The position numbers and the translations under genes were made by a program. A DNA stretch of 63,057 nt, filler included, from Folioceros fuciformis (taxonomy: Eukaryota), in assembly GCA_049999805.1 (NCBI GenBank). It is 8 parts of 8 records of this genome, joined end to end, with 100 filler letters (N's around TTAATTAATTAA, not from the genome) between each part and the next. Parts side by side here need not be neighbours in the genome. Positions count along the whole stretch, not along the records: positions 50,962 to 63,057 come from JBNGIO010001167.1; 7 more parts are not named here. One strand, written 5' to 3'. Of the stretch, positions 51,323-63,057 are shown piece after piece. The notes beneath the pieces are model-generated. The model was not told the DNA's origin. It worked only from the letters and a program-made list of their open reading frames with translations, and did no database searches. Numbering within the stretch: the first letter of the stretch is position 1; every line of letters starts with the position of its first letter.

Positions 51323-53701
51323 GGACTCACCGCGAAAACATGCGGCCAGAATGGCCACCACGGAAGCCAGTTGGAACCACCACTACCACACTACCAAAAT
51401 CCAACCTTACCCACAGCCTTCACGTATGCAAAACTTCGCCAGTTTCCAGATCAAACAACACACCACGAGTTCAAGAGTTTGAAGCGCGATCTCCCCATTT
51501 CAAACTTGGGCTGATCCAGTCCGCAAGCTCCACACCCCGCTTTACTTCACACCACAGGCAGAGCTTGGCCGGTCGACTAGACCAAGGAGGACGCCCGCCG
51601 GAAAACCCCGCATGAGAGCGCCACTGTAGGAGAAGCACTGGCAAACCCTGGCTCAAAGATACATTACGAGTGAGAGACGCGCCCTGCGGCCTTACGATCC
51701 TAACATGCTGGCAGCCGACACCTCGTGAAACACTCTTTCCGGCCAGAGCCGAATGTGCGGAGAGTGCGGCCTAGCAGCAAGTAAGCTGCTGCAGGCAGGC
51801 CAAGGCTGCACCCGCGCGCCTTGCATGTGCCAGACACTGGCTGTGGCAGCTCTGAGAGTAAAAAGATGGCGACTATCCAAATGACGCCGACCGGGACCGG
51901 ACGACTGACTAAACAATACCCACAAATGTTCCAGATGACAAAGTTTGGAGCGTTCAACGACTCTCCACCCTACCTTCCTTGTACAGTAACTTACGTGCGA
52001 AATTTATGGATGAGAAAAATCCCCTTTCATATGGACTGACTCGACAGATCAACCTGGAAGCCGCTTGTACTGTGGAGGCTCCATCTGGCGTCCCACCCCG
52101 TTAGGGCCGTCCCCCGTCCTGGAGCCAGAGCATTGCTGGTGGATTGTTACATCGGCTACGGCTGGCATTCCAGGAACATGCTTATTTGAGCCAAATCGGA
52201 TCCTGGTTGGTTTGTTTTGTGTGAGGTCCCAGTGAAGGAGGAGACTCTGATTATACAGCCTTAGGGCGGCTGGAAGACGGCGGATCCAGATCCGGATCTG
52301 GATCCGGATCCCGCTTCTGTTCTAGCAGCGGTGAAGCGAAGCAGGGAGGAGGAGAGCACCAAACAGGCGGCCTTGCAACACGCGCAGGATCCCGGTTCCG
52401 TGGATTTCTACGGGGCCGGAAGGCACTTGACTTGGCTAACGAATCCCTGTGTGTCCCCCCTGAGCATATATGTAGTGTATGTGTAGGAAGAGATGTACTG
52501 TACGTAAACTTTAAGAGTGACGCGACTTGCATGGATTTCATGCCGGGCTACAGTCACTGTTAGCATGTGTCGATGTAATGTACCAACGTTTGAACCTGGA
52601 GCAGCTTCGCATGCGTGGTATTGGTACATACTGGGTACTTCAGTCAGGTTTTTCTTGTGACGAGCAGATTCAGCTTGGTTTTGCTTCGGCAGTGGTTCTG
52701 GTGACAGCTGGAGTCTTGGGAGTAGGAGTCAGGTCGTTTGTGCAGGCTGACCTCCACCTGGAATGGGAAGATGCTGGGTTACCGTGTAGCGTCCACGCGC
52801 CGCTCCCGTAGGCTTCATCTTGGTGGCCTGGTGGGATGGGGGTACGTACATGTATGCGCTGGTTTGAAGTAATTTAAGTTCAGTTCTTGAGGGTGCGCAT
52901 GGTGTTCAATTTGGGCTGCAACTCGGCCTCAGACCGAGTGCATGAGAGCTCACGTCCACAGGCGGTTGGAGTTGTATCTTTCCATCATCTTTGTCTGTGC
53001 ATGATGGAAACATTTTTTTTGTGTTCAGGTTTGGAGTTGGTGTTTTCGAGGGAGATTGTCCACACCGGACTACTGTAGTACGAATAACCAAACTCCTCTG
53101 ATTTTGTGATTTGCGGGTCAGGGCGGTAGGACTAGCCCGTCCTCTTGTGCAAGGGGTCTTTCCAACTGCCAGGCCTGGAAGTCGATGCCCTTACAGCTCA
53201 GGAAGTCCAGGACAAACAAGAACGAATTATGTATACTTTCCCCGCGAACCTTTGTTGACTCCACATCTTCTGAGAATAATTGTACCCAGCCTCAACAGAG
53301 ATCGCACAAACAGCAAGTGCGCTGCATCACTAAGTACAGGGTCAGGTTGGAACATGCATCTCACTACTGCGATGCCGGACACTCTCCGCCAGTTGTTGCA
53401 ACAGAAATCTAAGATGCCAGGTCCGATGATAGTTGGCCAGTCCGGACATCTGCTGCACAGCTACACGCAGGGATGACATATCGTAACCTGTCCTGCTTTC
53501 CATGTCAACGTCTGATATTCACGGGACGCCGGGCTTTGAGTAAGGACACACAACCGTAGTGCTACACACACGAGCATAACCAGGGTGAACGTTATCAGAG
53601 TGCTGCGCATTTCCAATAAAGATATCACCGGTTGTTTGTACGAGTTGAAGATGAAAGTGATCGCCTCACAATAATTTCCTACCAATGTGCGCTACATATT
53701 A

Positions 53702-55985
53702 TTATGCTGCAACCCCAACCCCGCTAGACTCGCCCTCAATCTGCCTATGCCACTGCCAGTCTCCGCGCTCACCATCATCTAGCCACAAGTAGGCAAACCC
53801 TTGTCAGAAAAATCCGGCAGTGAAGAAATTTCTAACACAAGAAATTGTTCCAAATAAATCATACCATCGGTTGAACCAGGACTTTGTAGCGTTCGAGAGC
53901 CTGCCATTAACAAGTTCAGTACGATCACAGCATGTCCGCCTCGCAAATGTGGTGAGCACCTAGTGAGTCACATGTTACCTCTTGAATTCGAGTAGCTTGG
54001 CGAGCAATATCGATGGGAAAGAGTTGATCCGTCTTCGTTAGCACAATCTGGACGCGCGTTCCAGCACTGTGCGAGGGAAAAGCAAGGAGAGATTCTCAGC
54101 TAGTGGAAACAGGACAACTTGGTCAAGGATTCTGAAACACTCAGACCAATACCCCTCCATTAGGTCGAGATACTCAAGATCCCTGGATTTTAATCCCCAC
54201 TTCACATCAACAAGCATGCACACTCTCTTCAGCTCCTTCCGTTCAACGAGATACTCTTTCACCTGCAAGTCGATGTCACACAAATCAAGATCGAATGTTC
54301 TTTCCAACCATTTTCAGGATAGTTCCAGGCCGACATCATTCACAAAGCAGCTGAGGTGGACTGTACCAGTTCCTCCCACGCTGTTTTTTTCTCTTCCTTG
54401 GCATACGCAAAACCGTATCCAGGTAAATCAACGAGGCACAGTTGTGATCTCAATGTGAAAAAGTTGATGGTCTGCCACCCAATAAAAAAAGAGATTCCTC
54501 ACACACCATCCGCGATGTCCTGATTCATAAGGCGAGTAACCCTCAAGACATGTGACCACTTGCTTTGGAAGTACCAGTTCCACCTACTTGCGTGAGACCT
54601 GGTTTATCCGAAGTCCAGACAACGCCCCATCGTCTTGTCAAAGCATTCAGAAGAGACGATTTCCCTACGTTTGACCTGCCTACAAGCAGCAGAATCTTGT
54701 TTCAGCACGACATGGATCACAACGCTATGCGAGGAATCAAAGGGGCCTACCTAGGAATGCCACTTCTGGCAGGTTCAACTGAGGAAGTGAGGATGATTGC
54801 TTTGCAGAAGCTGCAAACACCAGTTTATGAGTAAACAGCTGCAACCAAACAGCCATAGAAAAGCTTCAAACAATCAAACCACACAAGCTTCAACCAACTG
54901 AGAAAGTTTAAGAGGCTGCAACAGAAGTCAGCTCGACAAAGATCCCCAACCTTTGAACCGAACTCCGTATCAATTGGTGCCCGTATTGTGAGATCATATC
55001 CACTCCTACGCAGCTCCGTTGATCTCCGCCGTCCAAGCTTCTGTTACACCACAATTCCTTCTCAGTTGGTGTCCTCTGGGACAGTTGACATTCAGCTTAC
55101 GAGCCCTAGGCCCCTCACTTGCTCCTCAACGTAGTCCAGCAGCTCTTGATGAGGTTGGATTGCGCGAAACTGTGCATTCTTGGACATGGCCACTGCCTCG
55201 ACTTCTGGCTCCTTCGCTGCAAACAAACAGGTTTTGGAGATCCAGCTTAAAGGACGAAAAACACCTACGGAAACACGTGGGGCGGACATACCAGTTGTCT
55301 GCAAAGATAAAACAGATTCCATAAAGCGCTTGTTGGAGGTGTCACGGGGATGGAGCCTCATCACCCGTTTAGTAGACTTTTTCCTCGGCAAGTACTGTTC
55401 TCTGTATCCATTTCCCGAGGACTTTTGGGCAAAAGTTTCAGGATCATCACCCCAGTTTTTGTTCACAAGAGGAAAAGATCTGAATTTCCTGCTTGCATGC
55501 GGTGCGGTCCTGCCCTCACTCCTGCCCTGGTCCACGCTTGGGGGCTTCCTTCTTGGGCTATCCTTGCCTGAGCGAACAAGCTGCCGTTTGGAAGCTGACA
55601 TGTATGTCTGATAGAACCGAGTCTGCAATCTGGTGTAGCGGGAGAGGCAACTAGACCATGACTGTGTCAGAACAGGCAGTTTGCCAAGCCTGAATTGTGG
55701 AATTGCACAACAGGGCACACAGTCGCCAGGTGAAATCTCTGCACAACTTTCGCTGTAGTTAATAGTTGGTGAGACGGGCTCCAGGGACTCATTCTTTTTC
55801 TGAAGCAACTGAGCTATGTGTAACACATGGCGAGCTGCTAAAGAAGCCCTGCAAAGCAAAGCGTCATCTCGTCTGGTACCCAGAGCTCGTACATGCTTCG
55901 TCAGACGCTCCATGCTTCCAAGAACTCTCACGGAGTTCGCTAGATCATGCCATCCACGGACGCCGACGACAGATGAACTCCACAT
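53702..55985 (-). CDS. EngB/YihA-family ribosome-biogenesis GTPase with a long N-terminal (probably organelle-targeting) extension, multi-exon
   Basis: PEVAFLGRSNVGKSSLLNAL (G1), TSDKPGLTQTINFF (G2), LVDLPGYGFAYA (G3), VLTKTD (G4), MVSAETGSG; conserved NAQFRAIQP...LGRRR segment; stop TAA at 53702-53704. The start codon (55985) is uncertain. Confidence 0.88.
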
Positions 55986-56034
55986 TCCGCCATCTTTGGA
56001 CAAAGACCTAACCCTACTCCTATTCTGATTCGCT

Positions 56035-56583
56035 TTAGACGTCAAAGGCAACTGGACTTCTGGTAGTTCCACAACGGGATGGATCAGAGCAGCAGTCCTC
56101 TGGAGAACTACCCATTTCGGGAGGTACACTTCTCCTATTTAACGTCTTAGGCACTGGAACAGCAACTCGTGGTTTCAGTTCGGCTGGTAGCCCCTCTGCA
56201 TGGGCCTCAGGCGACACAAATGACCGTGTTTTTTGTCCAACTAGGTGCCTTTCCACACGGCCGGCTCTCGTTGCCTCAGGTGGGATGTAAGTTCGCAGTT
56301 TGTGTTCGGTTGAATGCCTCTCCAGACCTGCACGCGATGTCTCGCCGGATAGAGAAGTTCGGGCCTTCTGTTCCGCTAAGTACCTTTCAACAGAGCCAGC
56401 TCGCGATGCCTCAGGTGTTGCCACGAACTGAATCAGTAAAGCTGCATCCCTACAGTCAGCGTCTTTCTGTTCTCTTTCCTTCTCAAGTTGTTCCATGTAG
56501 CATGAGCACTCATTTTGACCACAAAAGCCATCCATCTGTTCAGTAGATGCGGGCAACAACTCAATACCGGTACAAAATGGCAT
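56035..56583 (-). CDS. Orphan 182-aa ORF or exon with 3-4 diverged ~23-aa tandem repeats
   Basis: PEASRAGSVERYLAEQKARTSLS / GETSRAGLERHSTEHKLRTYIP / PEATRAGRVERHLVGQKTRSFVS / PEAHAEG... all in one open frame. No family recognised. Confidence 0.5.
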   Translation of the reverse strand: MPFCTGIELLPASTEQMDGFCGQNECSCYMEQLEKEREQKDADCRDAALLIQFVATPEASRAGSVERYLAEQKARTSLSGETSRAGLERHSTEHKLRTYIPPEATRAGRVERHLVGQKTRSFVSPEAHAEGLPAELKPRVAVPVPKTLNRRSVPPEMGSSPEDCCSDPSRCGTTRSPVAFDV

Positions 56584-57009
56584 TCAGTCACATCTGAGAA
56601 AGAACAGCTGCAGGGGGATAGTACGATGCAACACAGTTTCATGTAACCACACTGTGGTGCTGTAACCTATGGTACAAGAGCATATTTGTTTTCTGGAATG
56701 CTCCTCCTCCGGACGTATGACTACAGATCTAAACCCAGCTACCCATGGCGAACCACGAGTACCAAACTGGCTGACATTGGGCGTATATATCTATTCAGTT
56801 ATTCTCTATTACCTGAAACAATAGCAGTCTCACAAATGCGTGAGGCGCTCGCGTTCATCTTAGGTATCATTAGAGTTCCCATGGACTGCCCGTCAATTTA
56901 TCTGAACATCCGTTCCACCTCTTTCTCCACGAACCCAATGCAAAATCCTCCTCAAGTATTTGCATTCTCAACTCACAGCAATGACATGAAGTTCCTTCAG
57001 TCATTGAAC

Positions 57010-60000
57010 TTAAACGACTTCCACTGTGTGCACCTCTGGGACATAGAAGGAGGAGTAGTTTCTCACCAAACCCTTGCTGCTGACATGTCCATTCTCCGGG
57101 AGCTCCGAAGCAGATGCTCTTCCACTGTTCACCGTAAGATCCTTGATAATGGTGTGAAATTCGTGATCTTGCATAATTGATTCCATTGTCACATGCAGTC
57201 CTGCATAAATACGCCGCCCCAAAGAGAAATGGTTAAGTACCGTGAGTAAACAGCAGGCAAGCAGGATCAATGACCAACCAAGAGACGCTACTTACTGAAA
57301 CGCCAGTAGTGCCTAGGATTGGTCGGATCATTAATAGTCTCCTCATTTGCTGGCCGTTTGCAATATTCATCCTTCAGAGCCATGAGATCCTGCAAGTTCG
57401 ATTCCAAGGTTGTGAGAAATTCGTCGAAAACTACTTCTCAAACTTGAGAAAAAAAATGACAAGTACTACCTGCATGGGGAAGATCGCAAACACAGAAGGA
57501 GATTCCATATGTTGCTGCACAATGGTGTGAGCAATTCGAGGATCGCAGAGGGGAGGTGGAGGCTCCACAAATCCCAGCACATTTCTGAAGAACCGAGAAC
57601 GCCGGGATTCGTCTTCCTCCCACCATGCTCGAAGATTAGAACAATCATGACAAGAAGGGGAACAAACCTGACGAGTGAGCAACTACACGTTAGAACCCGT
57701 ACTGAGTGATCCATACGCAGACCGGCGTCATGAGGTAAAAGACTGGTGCTCACTGTCATGTAGTCGTACTCTGCCGGAATACCAAATTCTTGGCCAGGAG
57801 TGCTAGGCATGCGCTGCAACCGCAGACCAATTAACCCTAACTCACTGAGAACCTGCATCGCCATCCCAGACAGGGTCAGTACAACAAATTGTCGTCAGGA
57901 GCCATTGCTGCAGTGAAGATCCCACAATATTCATACCGGTGCCACACAGGCAGGGACCATCCCAAGATCTTCGCCACAAGCAAGCATCTCAGACGCCTTC
58001 ATCAAAACCGGCAGAGTTTTCAAAGCATTTTCTCGCCACAATTGCTCTTGACGATGGTAGAAGTAATCATAGTACAAGGCCTTCAACACGTTTTGGCTGC
58101 AAGAGGAAACTCAAAAAACATGAGACCAAGAAAGAAGTATTACACAAGTCATCCTCAACAACTGGAAATACAGTGCTTCACCTGTGCTGATCGAGCTCAG
58201 CATAACTTGCACTTTGCTCCAGACCAAAGCGAGGATAGAACTTCTTAGGATCTTCGGTATCTCTGATCAACACGACTTCCTATTGACACACCAGTGTATT
58301 GTTAAAGAAGGCCAGGCAATGCGAGCTTTTCAAACTCAAAAGGAGGAGAACTTACATGCATCAGGTCAAACAGTCCCTTTTTAGTCTCTTCCGCCTCTTC
58401 TACCAACCACGGCGGTGATCCCTCTCTCGGACTCAAGTCCGCCACAATTTTCTTTTCAGTATTGAACTCCTTTTTAAACTGCAAAAAACGTCCCACAATG
58501 TCAACGTACATACCATCAAACTGATTGCTTCTGCATATATGGTCGAGAAAATGCCGCCTACAGACCTGGTAGCAAAGGTGCGCGTACTCGTCGAAGTACT
58601 TGGAGGCGATCTCAGTCCACCTAGCTCCGAACTTTTTCTGCACCCATAGCAACATGTTTCACGGTCAGATACTCAAAAGCTGATAAATCACACTGCAACT
58701 AAACTTGCAACATCCAACGAAGCAGGTGACAACCGGACCTGCAAAAGATGGCACCGGATATAGGGCTGGCTCAGCCGATTGAAGTCCCAAATCCCTTCTT
58801 TCTCAAGCTCCTCCTGAAGTAAAGGGGGAAAGCAGTATTTCAGCAGATGTCCAAGCCTAACCAACCTCCCCCCTGTAGTTAAGGCGAACAGCTCACTTAC
58901 TTGACTCAAGGGAATTGAAGGCCGGAACCTGCCCATCAGGCCGGTCACTGCATGGTCTGGCAGTTCCCATATTCTGAAAAACCCAAGAATGTGGTCTATC
59001 CTGTATGCCGTGAAATACTTTGACATCTGCACACACATTTGCCCCACCGATTGTGAATACGAGGACCTAGGCAACGTGTTTGGCCTGAACTTCGGAACTG
59101 AAGAACGACAATGGAGGGCCCAAACCCTTACCTGGGTAAGCCTTGCTCGCCACCAGCCGTAGTCATCTTTGGACATCTCCTCCCAATTATATGTAGGAAA
59201 GCCCCAGTTTTGGCCAGCCATGTTGAAGTAATCAGGTGGAGCGCCCGTTGACGCATTCATGTGGAAAAGTTTGGGATTCACCCAGGTGTCAACACTATTG
59301 CGATCGACCCCGATAGGCAGATCCCCCTTCAACACTATTTTGTGTCTTCGGGCATAGTCTGCTGCTTCAATCAACTGATCCATCGAAACGAGGATAATTT
59401 TTAGTATATTTAACAAAATCCCAGCATAAGTTTTGAAGGACGTGGACGTTGACCCCCAGTTAAGAGGGCAACGTTCTCACCTGCGTGTGCAAATGGAATT
59501 GCATGTAGTAATGGAACTGGATTGCAGCATGCTGTTCCGCTCTTGGAGAAGTCAGCTTATCCAACTGTGAGTCACAATAATCACAGTCCGTCAGGAACCA
59601 GGTCTCGAAGTATCTGAACCAGTGTATGGAAGATTGGGGTGACCACTAACCTTCTGCTCTGTGAATTGAGAGAACAGACCCCACTGTGAATGATCAGAAG
59701 TCCCAAAGAGATCCCGCAAGAAGCAGAATGCGGCATACGGTCTTAACCAAGCCTGCATGCACTATGAGGGTCAGAAGACCAACACGGAGTGCTTGCAAGG
59801 ATCACGCTTGGCACCATCGGGATTGAGCCGTCACCTTGTTTTCCTCGAAGTACTGCTTAAAAGCAGTAGAGTTGAGTACTTCGTCCTTCTCCAGATTGAA
59901 AATCTTTCTGGCAATGGCCACCTTCACTGCCATGGTTGCATCGTAGTCTACTTCCTGCACACCCGAAAATTTGACAGGAGGCACTTGAAACACCGGCTAC

Positions 60001-62194
60001 AAGTACAGCCCTTATCTGGTCAACCAAGCACAAACTGTTCTCATCTGTTCAACCAAGCACAAGCTGTTCTCATCTGTTCAACCAAGCACAAGCTGTTACC
60101 TTCAAGTCCAACTGCTTCTTGGCAGCCTCAATCTCTTCCTGCTCAAATAACAGAAGAGTTCAAACCAGAAAGTTCAGTGCAGCTTCCTTTTGAGTTCTCC
60201 CACCTATCATCAGCACTCCAATCAAATACTTGCTGGATTCTTAATCGCCGCACACCTTGATAATCGGAGGAATCTTTGTTGACAAAGCTTGCAAACGAAG
60301 GTACAGAGGGTGTAAGGCGAAGACTGACAACGAGCTGCAACGGCCATCACCAATTGTAATGTTAGCACTTGGGAAACCAGAGAGGAATACCGAAGAAAGA
60401 GAAGGATATCGGGACCCAACATTACCTGTACGGGTAGGAATCCCACCACATGCGGTTGACAGATGTATCGTTGACAGGCAGTAGTTGTACAAGCTTCAAC
60501 CCGGATTTCAATGCAAAATCGGTCACCAACTTTAGGTCCAGGTACTCCCCTGAGCCAACATCCTGCTCAGACCGGAGAGAGAACACCGGTACAGCCATTC
60601 CTGCGCCCCTCCAGGGATTTGACTGAAAACGAATGCAATGAGCGTCAGTGAGTCGTTCTACAACAGATTCTCCATGCTAAAAACGACCACTGCTAAGGCG
60701 AAGCATGAGCCGCACCCGGAAATATCCATCTTGTATGATAACCATGGTGGGGGCTTTCCTGGCCAACGCGTCAAGAGCGAGTTCTTTGTCCGGACCAGCC
60801 TCTGGAATAACTTCCCCGGATTTGTCCTTGAGAATGTACTTGTATCGGACAGGAAAGTCAGCTCTCTTCAGAACAGTGTCCAACTGCCAATCGGAGCCAC
60901 CTGCTCGGAAAAGCTGCAATGCCCCTTCACTCGACCACTTCCCCAACGCAGGGGCGCTGCCGGACAGGAATACCTATACAGGAGAAGATGCGAATCAGTA
61001 CATAGATAAGCATCGGGAGTTGCATTGATTCACAAAAGCATGGTCGGCAAGGATACTGACCGACTGCCCTTTCTCCAAGCGTGAGCAATTGACTCTAAAT
61101 CGGACAGCCACGGAATCTGTAGAACGGTGAGGCCGAAATGAGAATCTCAAAGCACCACCCAGGTCAAAGCAGTGGTCTACATGCACACAGGTGGCGGTGC
61201 AAGGAAACACTAACCTTGAAGGCTGAAAGACTCCTCCGGAAACTGGTTGGACGCCAAGTCCTGGGGCAAATCGGCCACATCCTCCTCGGCGGCATTTCCG
61301 AATATGACTTTCTTGAACGCACTTTTGGAGAGCAGATTCTCCGGAGAAGCTCCATCCTGCACGTATCAAAGACAAAGGGACGGAAGCGAGCGGTGATTAC
61401 CGAACGGCTGATGCGCTCCCCAAAAGCCATCAAATCGACGACGCGACCGCAACACTTCACTTTACTTTACTTCACTTCACCTCACCGGGACTACGTTATC
61501 AAGCAAGCCAGACCTCCAACAATTGGCGGCAAGCCATAATCCCGCCGACAGCGTCTCATATCAGTGTGGCAGTAGAGACTACAAAGACAGAAACAACTTC
61601 CCACCCTTGCGAAATTCCGCTAAAAGGCTGAGCTCGTGGATTTAGACTTGCAGCACAGACTAAGGCAGCGAGCCAACGTGAAAGAAGAAAGAATTGGCAG
61701 CGCTGCTTTCCAACGGCGAGCAAACTTGCAGAGCGACAGCAATCCAAGACACAGAATTGGCGTGGCAGACAGCAAGCAATCGAAAATTGGCGGTGGAGGT
61801 GTGCGAGACGATAACGGCTTCAAGGTGCCGGACTCACCTGCCAGGTGTCGTGAATGTCCACAGTGGCGGCATCCGGCAGACCCTCCGGCAAGGTGAGGCG
61901 GCGATGAGGCCCGGACTCCCGCTTAATTACGTTGTGCTTGTCGTCAACCAGCACATAGTTGTATTCGGCCTGGAAGAAATCCGGGACGGAGATGAGTGCA
62001 TGCCAGACGAGGGCATCGCCCTCGTGGGTGGGAGTCATCCACTGGGCCTGCTTCATGTCCCAGGCGCCAAGCTGGGGATCGGAGCCGACGACGGCCAAAT
62101 TCTGGCCCCATTGCGTGTAGTAAGGCAGCTTGAATCGGACATTGACTCGCTTATAGCGGCGGAAAGGGAGCTGCCTCCCGGGCGCTATCTCCAT
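57010..62194 (-). CDS. DPE2: 4-alpha-glucanotransferase DPE2 (two CBM20 + GH77), multi-exon
   Basis: FKLPYYTQWGQNLAVVGS (CBM20), PWRGAGMAVPVFSLRS, LKGDLPIGVDRNSVDTW, GAPPDYF...GQNWGFPTYNWEEMSKD, AYRIDHILGFFRIWELP, ACGEDLG, GLRLQRMP, VCSPSCHDCSNLRAWWEED, INDPTNPRHYWR. Alternative in-frame ATG at 62224. Confidence 0.96.
60020..60097. repeat. 29-bp tandem repeat (x2.7) in a DPE2 intron, next to the splice donor
   Basis: TCAACCAAGCACAA(A/G)CTGTTCTCATCTGT repeated. Confidence 0.85.
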
Positions 62195-62739
62195 GGTATT
62201 CTCTCCCCTCAGAGCGGGCGTCATCTTCCTTCCCTTCCCTTGCGTTTCCTTCCTTCCTTCCTTCCCTCCCGCACCACTCCCCTTTTTTTACTCGAGCCCA
62301 AGCGCGGAAGCAGAGCACTGGGGCCCCGGTCAAATTTGGCAGGACCGGCCAAGATGAGGAGACGAAGCCGGCCCGGCCCGGCAAGAAAGGCTTGCTCGCA
62401 GCCGAGATCCCTGGCACACGAGAGGCAATTCTTGGCTCGGCTCGGCTCGGCAGTGTCGCTGATCCGACAGCGAGAGGGGGCAGAGGCAGAGGCAGAGGGA
62501 TAGGATACGAATGGAATGGCCGAGGGGCAAGAGCAGAGGCAGAAGAAGAAGGCGAGGCGAGGCGAGGAACCAAGGACGTGGACCGGTAGGTCTCTGCTGG
62601 CGAGCTCGCTCGGGAAAGGCGCTGGCAGGAGTAGGCAGGAGCAGAGCGGAGCAGGGCGGGCTGGCGAAGGCGCGGGGGTCGCTCTCCCGCAGGAGGCAGG
62701 GTCGGGGAGGAGGAGGATGAGGAAAAAGGAGCTAGGGAG

Positions 62740-62825
62740 CGGGCATCGTGTTATAAAGGCGGAGGGCGGGGAGGGCCGGGGCGTCGTTAGAGCCCGAGCC
62801 CGAGTGCCCCGTCCACGTGGCTCGC
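62740..62825 (-). promoter_or_regulatory. Putative DPE2 core promoter: TATA-like element and G-box/ABRE
   Basis: Minus-strand TTTATAA at ~62751-62757 followed by a pyrimidine-rich leader; CCACGTGGC at ~62813-62821. Confidence 0.45.
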
Positions 62826-62920
62826 CTACCCTGGCTCCCGGCTGGCATGACAGACCTAGTTTTACCTACTGGAATGTACTGCGTGTGCAACTGGCGTGGG
62901 AAACGAGGGCGCTGCTTCTC

Positions 62921-63057
62921 CCGACGTACCGACTCGACCGACTGTACCGAGCGTCCCGACTGTACCGAGTGTCCCGACTGTCCCGAGTGTTGTCCCGACT
63001 GTACCAACTCCCGACTCCCGACTGTACCGACTCCCGACTCCCGACTGTACCGACTCC
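62921..63057. repeat. CCGAC-based tandem array running off the window end
   Basis: About 12 CCGAC cores in units such as CCCGACT and GTACCGACT. Confidence 0.85.

Noticed and set aside
54610..54625. EngB VVWTSDKPG instead of the usual RTS as a sign of pseudogenisation
   Set aside because: A single substitution; all exons are in frame and the G1-G4 motifs are intact.
62921..63057. CRISPR-like reading of the repeats here and at 9281, 38655 and 60020
   Set aside because: No unique spacers of constant length, no cas genes, eukaryotic context.

Overview
Eukaryotic nuclear DNA from a land plant. Short introns (mostly ~70-250 nt), GC-rich gene islands and tight gene spacing suggest a compact non-seed plant genome such as a hornwort; this is inference, not proven. 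The window is eight contigs joined by seven identical artificial 100-nt linkers (44 N + TTAATTAATTAA + 44 N), so adjacency across linkers is not evidence. Recognisable genes: SMAX1/SMXL (3 exons, RGKT and EAR motifs), a PIRL LRR protein (5' partial), an intronless DUF1295 membrane protein, a DGAT3-like [2Fe-2S] protein, a SAM-domain protein (partial), a NodH-like sulfotransferase (partial), a DUF707 gene head-to-head with TTC27, a VFB/SKIP2-type F-box gene (partial), an EngB GTPase and DPE2. The intervals between genes hold decayed transposons: three Ty1/copia pieces, a CACTA transposase remnant, an L1-like LINE RT remnant and a recurring LTR-like repeat at several contig ends. I found no convincing wholly new system. 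The best leads are (i) a copia element with an antisense hydrophobic-helix/coiled-coil ORF between RNase H and its 3' LTR, (ii) an orphan 182-aa tandem-repeat ORF between DPE2 and EngB that ends ~50 nt before the EngB start, (iii) a CCGAC array plus G-box upstream of DPE2, (iv) the intronless DUF1295 gene, and (v) a decayed, possibly Crinkler-like nuclease-kinase locus. All family assignments come from motif recognition by eye; no searches were run.
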